DNA of 43,865 nucleotides from an archaeon. GTDB taxonomy: Archaea; Nanobdellota; Nanobdellia; Pacearchaeales; GW2011-AR1. Under the pieces are notes generated by a model. That model ran no database searches. It was not told the DNA's origin and saw only the letters and a list, made by a program, of their open reading frames with translations. Positions 26,611-35,164 of the stretch are shown piece after piece; position 1 is the first letter of the stretch; each line of letters begins with the position of its first letter. The position numbers and the translations under genes are program-made. Location of the stretch: positions 1 through 43,865 of the forward strand of contig JAZDPV010000014.1 in the NCBI GenBank assembly GCA_043797265.1, in the 5' to 3' direction.

Positions 26611-28986
26611 ATGAACTTCAAAGACATAAAAAATTGGAATGTCGAAATAGAAAACGAAATAACAAACAATTGGAAAAACCAAGAACCTTTCACATTCAAT
26701 CCAAAAACAAAAAAGAAAATCTATTCAATTGACACACCGCCACCATATGTCAACACCCCAATCCACATGGGCCACGCCGTCACCTACTGCTTCATGGATT
26801 TTTTCGCGCGCTACCGAAGAATGAAAGGATTCGAAGTTCTCTTCCCGCTCGGCCTCGACCGAAACGGACTCCCAATCGAAATGGCAACCGAAAAAAAATT
26901 CAACGCATCCCCGTTCAAAGTCGGCCGAAAAAAATTCGTAGAATTATGTGAGCAACTTTTATCCGAAGCATCAGCCGAATCAATCGACTCATTCGCAAAA
27001 CTCGGCATCTCGTTCTCTTCCTACAACACCGACGACAAAATCGGAGCAATCTATAACACCGATTCACCAGAATACCGAACCCTGACCCAGACAACATTCG
27101 CCAAACTCTTCAAAAAAGGATTAATCTACGAAGACACAAGAATAAATAATTGGGACCCAAAACTCCAGACAACAATCGCCGACTCTGAAATCGAATACCA
27201 AGAAATCCCGTCAACATTCAACAACATCAAATGGAAAGTCAAGGAAACCGGCGAAGAAATAATAATCGGCACGACACGTCCAGAATTAATCGCAACCTGC
27301 GGAATGGTTATCTTCAATCCCGACGACAAAAGATACAAGCATCTCGACGGCAAAACTGCAATCTCGCCAATCTTCGAAAAAGAAATCCCAATCAAGCCGC
27401 ACCCGCTCGCACAAATCGATAAGGGCACAGGACTCGCGATGATGTGTTCAGTAGGAGACCTGTCAGACATTCAATTCTTTAGGGAAATGAAACTAACCCC
27501 ACAAATCGCAATCGGGCAGGATGGCAAAATGAACGAAAAAGCTGGAATTTTAAAAGGACTAAAAGTAAAAGAAGCACGAGAAAAAATAATAGGACTAATC
27601 AAAGAAAAAAAACTGCTCACAAAACAAGAAAAAATAATTCACCGAACTCCAATCTCCGAACGCTCGGGCGCCGAAATCGAATTCATCGAGATGCCGGAAT
27701 TTTATTTGAAACAAATAGACCTAAAAAAAGATATTCGAAAAATAATCAAGCAAATAAATTTTTATCCAAAAAGCTCAAAAAAAATTCTCGACGACTGGAT
27801 AGATTCAATATCAATCGATTGGCCAATTTCCCGACGACGATACTACGCAACACCAGTCCCGTTATGGTATTCAAAAAATTTAATAGCAATCGCACCCGAA
27901 GGAACATATACCGAACCATGGAAACAAAACCCGCCAAAAGAATCTGAAGTAATCGACACTAAGACAAAAAAAATATTAGGAACAATCGCCGACTTCCCAG
28001 AAAATAAATGGACAGGCGAAGAAAGAGTTCTCGACACATGGTTCGACTCTTCAATCTCAGAACTCAATATGCTCAAATACAAATCCGACGACGCATTCTT
28101 CAGAAAATCATACCCAGCGACGCTGAGACCACAAGGAAAAGAAATCGTCAGAACATGGCTTTACTACACAATCCTTCGCGGCTTCCTCGAAACAAACAAG
28201 CCATGTTTCAAAGACGTTTGGATTCACCAGCACATCCTCGACGCCAACGGACGAAAAATGTCAAAATCACTCGGCAACATAATCGACCCTCAGCAAATCC
28301 TGAAAGAAGACGGAGCCGAAGCCCTAAGGTTATGGTCAGCAACAGAAGGCGACCTATCAAAAGGAGATTTCATCTGCTCCCGCGAAAAAATCAAAGCCGA
28401 AAAAAAATCCCTGAATAAATTGTTAAACATTTCAAAATTCGTAATGCTATTCGACAAACCAAAAACAAAACCGACGCTGACATCGACAGACAAACTTTTC
28501 ATCGACCACATAGAAAACCTGACATCAACCGCCGACAAATTCTACGAAACTTACAACTTCAACTACCCGGCCCAGCAACTAAGAAATTTTCTATGGGAAA
28601 CTTTCGCGTCCCACTACATCGAGCTCGTAAAAAACCGCGCCTACAACGAAAACAAAAATTTCACCGACGACGAATCCGCCTCCGCAAAATACACGCTCCA
28701 CTTCATCCTCGAAAGATTACTAATTCTCCTTCACCCAATCATCCCGCAAATCACGACGCTAATCGCAAAACAAAAAAACATCAACCTCCTAAAATCCGAA
28801 TGGCCGAAATCACCTACCCCCTACCCCCTACCATCTACCATCTACAACCTAATCAACTTCAATTCCCAAATCTGGAAAATAAAAAAAGAAAAAGGAATTT
28901 CTTTAAAGGGACCCATCAGCGAAATCAAAATCCCAAAAGAACTAATACCATTCGAAAAAGATTTGAAAGCCTGTCACAACATTTAA
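26611..28986 (+). CDS. valS: Valine--tRNA ligase (start reassigned to 26611)
   Basis: IDTPPPY, HMGH, GTTRPE, KGTG, DW.ISR.RY, VLDTWFDSS, LRPQG.EI.RTW and KMSKS. Confidence 0.95.
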   Translation: MNFKDIKNWNVEIENEITNNWKNQEPFTFNPKTKKKIYSIDTPPPYVNTPIHMGHAVTYCFMDFFARYRRMKGFEVLFPLGLDRNGLPIEMATEKKFNASPFKVGRKKFVELCEQLLSEASAESIDSFAKLGISFSSYNTDDKIGAIYNTDSPEYRTLTQTTFAKLFKKGLIYEDTRINNWDPKLQTTIADSEIEYQEIPSTFNNIKWKVKETGEEIIIGTTRPELIATCGMVIFNPDDKRYKHLDGKTAISPIFEKEIPIKPHPLAQIDKGTGLAMMCSVGDLSDIQFFREMKLTPQIAIGQDGKMNEKAGILKGLKVKEAREKIIGLIKEKKLLTKQEKIIHRTPISERSGAEIEFIEMPEFYLKQIDLKKDIRKIIKQINFYPKSSKKILDDWIDSISIDWPISRRRYYATPVPLWYSKNLIAIAPEGTYTEPWKQNPPKESEVIDTKTKKILGTIADFPENKWTGEERVLDTWFDSSISELNMLKYKSDDAFFRKSYPATLRPQGKEIVRTWLYYTILRGFLETNKPCFKDVWIHQHILDANGRKMSKSLGNIIDPQQILKEDGAEALRLWSATEGDLSKGDFICSREKIKAEKKSLNKLLNISKFVMLFDKPKTKPTLTSTDKLFIDHIENLTSTADKFYETYNFNYPAQQLRNFLWETFASHYIELVKNRAYNENKNFTDDESASAKYTLHFILERLLILLHPIIPQITTLIAKQKNINLLKSEWPKSPTPYPLPSTIYNLINFNSQIWKIKKEKGISLKGPISEIKIPKELIPFEKDLKACHNI
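28811..28852. repeat. Six-unit heptamer repeat inside valS
   Basis: cacctac-cccctac-cccctac-catctac-catctac-aacctaa; encodes SPTPYPLPSTIYNL. Confidence 0.88.
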
Positions 28987-29064
28987 TACCCAAACTTTAA
29001 AACTCCCACTTCTCTAATATTAACATGACAACAAATAAACAAATAGCAAAGCCGAACAAGTTAT

Positions 29065-29109
29065 GCCAACAGCCAATGGCTAACAACTAATAGCTGCGAC
29101 GAAGCCGCA
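29065..29109. repeat. Heptamer repeat plus GAA-loop hairpin directly upstream of aRF1
   Basis: gccaaca-gccaatg-gctaaca-actaata then tgcgac-GAA-gccgca. Confidence 0.7.
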
Positions 29110-29110
29110 A

Positions 29111-30202
29111 ATGGACGAAACACAAAAATTCGAACTCGAAAGTTTGGTCGAAGAACTCGAAAACTACCGAGGACGACACACCGAACTAATCACCGTAATG
29201 GTCCCAGCCGGAGCAACGCTAACCCAGACAACAAAGCAACTCGAAGACGAGAAAGGAACCGCGACAAACATCAAATCAGCCGGAACACGAAAAAATGTAA
29301 TCAATGCTTTAGAGCGGGTAATCCGAAAATTAAAAGAAATAGGAAGAACGCCAGAAAACGGGCTCGCGGTATTTTCCGGAAACGTAACAAAAGACGGAAA
29401 AGAATCTCTCGAAATCTGGGCAATCGAACCGCCAAAAAAACTCAAAGTAAAAATTTACAGGTGCGACCAGACATTTGTCATCGAACCGCTAAAAGAAATG
29501 CTCGAAACAGAAGAAGTTTACGGACTCTTAATCATCGAACGAAACGAGGCCTCAATCGGAATCCTCGACGGCAAACACATCAAGCTCTTGCAAAACATGA
29601 CATCTGGAATTCCTGGCAAAACACGAGCCGGCGGACAATCATCCCAAAGATTCGCACGAATTCGGGAATCAATGACAAAAGAATTTTTCAAACGAGTAGC
29701 AGAACACATGAAGACACATTTTTGGGACAACAAAAAATTAAAAGGAATTCTAATCGGCGGGCCAATCCCGACAAAAGACGAATTCCTCGAACAGGGCCAG
29801 CTCGTAACAGCACTCAAGGACAAAGTAGTCGCAGTAAAAGATTTGGGCGGGACCGGAATGCACGGACTCGAAGAACTCGTCGAACTTTGTCAAGATGTTT
29901 TATCCGAACAGGAAATCACAAAACAACGGCAAATCCTCGACCTCTTCTTCGAAAAACTCGCAAAAGAACCAAACAAAGTTTCATACGGCGAAGCCGAAGT
30001 CGAGGACCGACTCAACCGGGGCGCTGTCGAAAAACTAATCATCTCAAAATCACTCCCAAAAGAAAAAATAAAATTCCTTGAAAAACTCGCGCAGGCATCA
30101 TCGTCGGAAATTCATCTCGTCACAAAAGAAACCGCCGAAGGCGTCCAGTTCGACAACCTCGGCGGGACGGGCGCAATCCTTAGATTCGAAATCCACGATT
30201 AA
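29111..30202 (+). CDS. prf1: Peptide chain release factor aRF1
   Basis: GRHTELI, NIKS, YRCD..F, GGQS..RF.R and GG.GAILRF. Confidence 0.96.
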   Translation: MDETQKFELESLVEELENYRGRHTELITVMVPAGATLTQTTKQLEDEKGTATNIKSAGTRKNVINALERVIRKLKEIGRTPENGLAVFSGNVTKDGKESLEIWAIEPPKKLKVKIYRCDQTFVIEPLKEMLETEEVYGLLIIERNEASIGILDGKHIKLLQNMTSGIPGKTRAGGQSSQRFARIRESMTKEFFKRVAEHMKTHFWDNKKLKGILIGGPIPTKDEFLEQGQLVTALKDKVVAVKDLGGTGMHGLEELVELCQDVLSEQEITKQRQILDLFFEKLAKEPNKVSYGEAEVEDRLNRGAVEKLIISKSLPKEKIKFLEKLAQASSSEIHLVTKETAEGVQFDNLGGTGAILRFEIHD

Positions 30203-30231
30203 TTTAAATATATACTTTCCTTCAACCATCC

Positions 30232-33200
30232 ATGAAAAAAAGAAGGGAAATATTCATAGTCGTCGGCTTCTTGCTTCTAATCTCATTTTTCGCGCTGATA
30301 TTATACTACTCGGACTCATACTCAATAACAGGCTTCGTAATATTCAATTCACAGCCAAACGTCACAAACGGAAAGGATACTTACATAAGAGAACTCTCAT
30401 CAACAAATTACGGCGACTCAACGACGCTAAACATAGGAACAGCATCAACGGGCGGCGGCCGGGACTTCAAAGCGTTATTATATTTCAACCTATCTTCAAT
30501 CCCGCCAGAAAACACCATCGTCAGCGCCAACCTTTCAATCTATATCTCATCCTCAAGCAACGAAAACAACATCACGCTGAACGTTTACAGAATAACATCA
30601 AACTGGACGGAAGACGAAGCAACATGGTACGCCATGAACTCATCAACAAACTGGACATCCGAAGGCGGCGACTATAACACGCAGATATTCAACTCATCCA
30701 TCATCACAAACCAGACCGGCTGGGTCAACTTTTCAATAAGTCTGCTCGCAAGAAATTGGGTAAACGGAACTTACGAAAATCTCGGATTAATATTATACGC
30801 CCCGGACGCAGTCCCCGGCGACTACAAAAGTTTCTACTCGTCAAATTATACCGACGACGCATCACTCGTGCCAAAATTAATAATCGAATACGTCACCAAC
30901 GCCGCCCCTTCAATAAATTCAATAACATCAAACTCATCCCAGGCATCGCCAACTCCAATCGGAGACAAGATTCTGTTCACATTAAACTGGACAGACCTCG
31001 AGAGCGACAACGCGAAAATCTACATATGCAACTCAAGCAACATAACTTTTGCAGGCGGATGCGAAGACACAACATTCTGCTCAACATCTTTGGCGTCGAC
31101 AAATCCGGCAACATGCACATACACGACGCTAACCACCGACAATCGGACAACAAGTTTCTGGGCAGCAGCATGCGACTCGATAAATTGCTCTTCAGTCTCG
31201 GCAGAAAATTATTTTTATGTAAATCATAATCCACTAATCTCACTAACCCAGCCAAACGGCGGCGAAACAGTCAATCAATCACAAGGAAACTATTCAATCC
31301 AATTCTCGGTAAGCGATGCAGATTCAGACGACCTCACGGCAACACTTTACTACGGCGAAACTTCCGGCTCAACGACAAACACGATAGCAAACATAAATCT
31401 CTCCGGCTATTGCATCGACGCCGACGGCGACACAGCAACAACAAACACATGCAACTACTCATGGAACAGTATAGGAATTTACGGAACATATTACATGACA
31501 ATCGTAATCAACGACTCATACACAACAACAAACGACACGTCCGACGCAACCTTCGACGTTCGAAGCATCGTGGACATAGAAGCCCCGCAAATAACATCAA
31601 CATCAATCGACTCAACAATTTTCTCAGGCAAAACAACAACAATAAACGCGACAATTACCGACGACAACATAATCACGGCAATAGTAGACCTGAATTACAC
31701 ATCAACAAACTTATCAATGACAAACTCATCGCCAACATCTTTCAGCACAACGTTCGTCGCACCCGCCATAGGCACATACAAATACAAAGTCTACGCATCA
31801 GACGTAGTAGGAAACGCAAACGACTCATTAGCATGGCAAGAATTCACAGTAATAAAACCAACAGCAACGGCGCAAAACACACAAGCCCCATCAATCGCCC
31901 TTCCATACAGCACAATCAAAGTCACCTCGCAGTTAAACGCCACCGACGCTGTCAAAGGGATATACGCATATCTAAATGCCCCATCAGGATTCACGTTCCT
32001 CACTGGCTACGCGCAAAACCAAGAATTAGGCAACTTCACAACAGGACAAACTCAAAACGTAACATGGTTTCTCTCCGTCCCAATCACTGAAGCCACATAC
32101 ACGCTGAACATAACATACACCGACGGATACTCAAACCAATGGAACAGCTCCAGCGTCCAAATCCAAGTCACATCAGCAATCGGCGGCGGCTATACTCTCG
32201 ACATCGCGGGCTACCCTGAAGTCGAAACCGGCGGGACTTATTACGTCGAATCAAAATTCAAGCAAGATGAAACATACACCGCCCCAGATTCAGTCACAAT
32301 AAAAATATACGACGCGCTAGGAAGTCTAATAGTTGGTCCGGTGGCAATGACGCAAGAGTCAACCGGACAGCACAACTACACTTACACCGTCGGAGCATCA
32401 GTCGCCGAAGGACAATGGGAAACAATAATCAACGCAACCAAATCATCAGCATCATACTTCGCAAATCATTTCTGGAAAGTCATCGGCGGACCATTCGACG
32501 TCCGAAATATCACCGTCCTAAATTCCTCGGTAAGCAACTTAGTAATCAACGTCACGACAGAAAATACCGGAGGCGCAAATAAGGACCTGACTCTCGAATG
32601 GAACCTGACAAAAGAAAGCGACGGCTCTCTCCTTGACTCAGGCGCGGACACATTCATGGTCACGGCCGGCTCGACAAGATTATGGACAGTAAATCCGACG
32701 ACAACATTTATCGGCCAAGTCCGGATAACAATGCTCGGATATTATTCAGGCACGGAAAAAGCCGGCGCATACAAAGTATTCAGCACGACATCAGCAGGAG
32801 AATATTGTGGCGACGGGACATGTAACAACGGCGAGACCTGCTCAACCTGTCCCGCAGATTGCGGAAGCTGCACAACTCCGAGCACAGGCGGCGGCGGAGG
32901 CGGCGGAGGCGTAACACCAAAAGTAGAAAAAGCCGGACTAATATTCCAAAATTTTCCAGAAATAATCGAACTCGCGACAGGCATCGAAAAAATAGTCACA
33001 TTCACCGTCGAGAACATCGGAACAATCGACCTGACAAATTTAATCTTAACTTTCGAAAATCTTTCCTCGGATTATTACACCATAACCCCGCTCACGATAA
33101 ACACACTAAAAGTCGGCGAGACAAAACAGTTTTTCGTCAAATTTTTCATAACAGATTTTTCAGGAGAAAAAGAAACCATCGCAAAAATAACATCAAGTCA

Positions 33201-33714
33201 AATTGACATAACACAGCCAATCACAATCAACGTCCTCAACATGCGCGACTACCTCATCAGCGAATTTGAGAAACTCAAAGAAAAAATTAACCAGTTAAAA
33301 CAAAAACTAACCGGAGAAGACAAGTTAACTCTCGTCGAAGAACTGAAAACCTGCGAGCAAATTTTATCCAATCTGAAAAATAACATCGAAAAAGAAGAAT
33401 TTATTAATGCAAACAACAATGTAAAAGAAACAGAGGATTGTATTAAAGATATCGAGGACAAATCCTCAAAGCTCAAAAAAATTCCCTTCACTGAAATACA
33501 AATGGCAGGATACATAGTTTGGATAATCACATGGTCCCTAATCCTAATCCTGATAGCAATTCTCATAATAATAATCTGGCTTCTTTACAAAAAATTCAAC
33601 CTGCTAAATTTCATCAAAAAGAAAGAATCAGAAACTACAACAAAAACAAAACCAACACGCGAAAAAGAATTCATCGACGACAAACTCAAACGAATTAAAG
33701 AAAATTTAGGCTAA
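30232..33714 (+). CDS. Large cell-surface protein: DNRLRE/CBM96-like domain, Ig-like repeats, Cys motif, coiled coil and C-terminal TM
   Basis: N-terminal TM; DTYI......NYG....L.IG..ALL.F.LSSIP....I.SA.L ... W.E...TW; D..GN Ig motifs; CGDGTC..GETC..CP.DC; poly-Gly; TM. Confidence 0.88.
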   Translation: MKKRREIFIVVGFLLLISFFALILYYSDSYSITGFVIFNSQPNVTNGKDTYIRELSSTNYGDSTTLNIGTASTGGGRDFKALLYFNLSSIPPENTIVSANLSIYISSSSNENNITLNVYRITSNWTEDEATWYAMNSSTNWTSEGGDYNTQIFNSSIITNQTGWVNFSISLLARNWVNGTYENLGLILYAPDAVPGDYKSFYSSNYTDDASLVPKLIIEYVTNAAPSINSITSNSSQASPTPIGDKILFTLNWTDLESDNAKIYICNSSNITFAGGCEDTTFCSTSLASTNPATCTYTTLTTDNRTTSFWAAACDSINCSSVSAENYFYVNHNPLISLTQPNGGETVNQSQGNYSIQFSVSDADSDDLTATLYYGETSGSTTNTIANINLSGYCIDADGDTATTNTCNYSWNSIGIYGTYYMTIVINDSYTTTNDTSDATFDVRSIVDIEAPQITSTSIDSTIFSGKTTTINATITDDNIITAIVDLNYTSTNLSMTNSSPTSFSTTFVAPAIGTYKYKVYASDVVGNANDSLAWQEFTVIKPTATAQNTQAPSIALPYSTIKVTSQLNATDAVKGIYAYLNAPSGFTFLTGYAQNQELGNFTTGQTQNVTWFLSVPITEATYTLNITYTDGYSNQWNSSSVQIQVTSAIGGGYTLDIAGYPEVETGGTYYVESKFKQDETYTAPDSVTIKIYDALGSLIVGPVAMTQESTGQHNYTYTVGASVAEGQWETIINATKSSASYFANHFWKVIGGPFDVRNITVLNSSVSNLVINVTTENTGGANKDLTLEWNLTKESDGSLLDSGADTFMVTAGSTRLWTVNPTTTFIGQVRITMLGYYSGTEKAGAYKVFSTTSAGEYCGDGTCNNGETCSTCPADCGSCTTPSTGGGGGGGGVTPKVEKAGLIFQNFPEIIELATGIEKIVTFTVENIGTIDLTNLILTFENLSSDYYTITPLTINTLKVGETKQFFVKFFITDFSGEKETIAKITSSQIDITQPITINVLNMRDYLISEFEKLKEKINQLKQKLTGEDKLTLVEELKTCEQILSNLKNNIEKEEFINANNNVKETEDCIKDIEDKSSKLKKIPFTEIQMAGYIVWIITWSLILILIAILIIIIWLLYKKFNLLNFIKKKESETTTKTKPTREKEFIDDKLKRIKENLG

Positions 33715-35163
33715 TTATTCTTTGGAACCCTTCTTCTTCCCGTGCCACTTTTTTTTCTTACCGCGAGAACACTTCTTCTTTCGCTCTTTTTTCTCCTTCC
33801 CTCTCTCAACCTTCCTCTCTCTCGGTCTAACTCTCGTCGCAATTCTTTTAATCATCCCCCCAATCCCAACCCTCGGCTTAATTTCCTTAACCTCCCCCAC
33901 TTCCCCAATCTTTTTCTCAACCTTTTCCAAATCTCTCTCGCCCTTCTCCGCAATAAGATTCTTCTTCCCTAAAAATTCCTCCGGCTTCAGCTTCGGAACC
34001 TCGGCAACTTTAACTTCCGCAACTTTCTCAGCCGCCGCATCCGAAGGCTTGACAATTTTTTTAACTCCAATCTCCTTCGATACTCGCAACCCGACCTTCT
34101 TCCGAACTTCCGCAAGTTGTTTCGAAAGTGTCTCGATAATCCCAACAATTTCCATCAACTGATTTTCATAATCACTCACTTTCTTCACGTCGCTCGCCCC
34201 GACCTTTATCCCAATCTCCCCAATATCCTCCTCGTTCCTCCTCGAAACCGACAAGCTCGTCTCAATCAGCCCGCTCATCTCATTCAAGCTTTGCTTAATC
34301 CCCTCGACATCAGAAACATTATTATCAAATAAAACCAGTTTATTCCCATATGTTTTTTTAAAATCCAAATAATCAGACCTCTTCACGACCTCCCCATAAT
34401 CCAGTTTCAATTTCTCAACCTCTTCCTTCAACCCGGCATAAGAGCTATCAAGATTCTCGACGATAGCCCCAACTTTCTGACTCTCGGCAAACCCCTTCCT
34501 CAACTCCATGAAAATTTCCTGCGCCTTGTCCGCCTGCATTCTCGTCTTCGAACCAAGTCTTTGAACTTCAATCAAATCTTTTTTCGTGTCGCTGTTCAAC
34601 TTCATCAAACCCTCGGTCCCGATAAAAACTTCCGACTTCCGCCTCAGCTCATTCATCTCGCCCATCACCTCATCCATAAACAATTTGTTCGCCTCAATTT
34701 TTTCAGCCAACGCAGTCATCTTCATGTCCGACTTCTGGTAACTAACTCTCAACTCTTCCGGCTTCACTTCCTTGACAACATCAATAACTTTCTCCGCATC
34801 TCTCATCGCCTCAGAAATCCGCTTTTCGTTATTCACCGTCATCGTCCGAATTTCCCCGATACTCTCGCTCACATAAGAAAACCTTTCATAAAACTGCTTA
34901 ATCCATTCGACAATAGAATCAATCCTCGTATTTATTCCCTCAATCTGCACCTCGCTCAATCCAGCCCCAGCATTTTTGTCTACAACAGATTTGACCTCAC
35001 GAGCAATATCTTGTGGCACATCGCCTTTTGTTTTTCCCTTCCCTGTTGTCTTCCCCTCGGCATCCTCGCCAAACTCGCCACTAAGCCCCTTCTTCTCGTC
35101 ATACTCTTCCTCCTGCCCAACATCAGGCGGAGCATCACCAACACCTTTTCTAAACAACCCCAT
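33715..35163 (-). CDS. Cytoplasmic coiled-coil protein with a very basic C-terminal tail
   Basis: E/K/L-rich heptad helices, no TM, tail KKKERKKKCSRGKKKKWHGKKK; ATG 1 nt after the giant gene's stop. Confidence 0.85.
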   Translation of the reverse strand: MGLFRKGVGDAPPDVGQEEEYDEKKGLSGEFGEDAEGKTTGKGKTKGDVPQDIAREVKSVVDKNAGAGLSEVQIEGINTRIDSIVEWIKQFYERFSYVSESIGEIRTMTVNNEKRISEAMRDAEKVIDVVKEVKPEELRVSYQKSDMKMTALAEKIEANKLFMDEVMGEMNELRRKSEVFIGTEGLMKLNSDTKKDLIEVQRLGSKTRMQADKAQEIFMELRKGFAESQKVGAIVENLDSSYAGLKEEVEKLKLDYGEVVKRSDYLDFKKTYGNKLVLFDNNVSDVEGIKQSLNEMSGLIETSLSVSRRNEEDIGEIGIKVGASDVKKVSDYENQLMEIVGIIETLSKQLAEVRKKVGLRVSKEIGVKKIVKPSDAAAEKVAEVKVAEVPKLKPEEFLGKKNLIAEKGERDLEKVEKKIGEVGEVKEIKPRVGIGGMIKRIATRVRPRERKVERGKEKKERKKKCSRGKKKKWHGKKKGSKE

Positions 35164-35164
35164 T

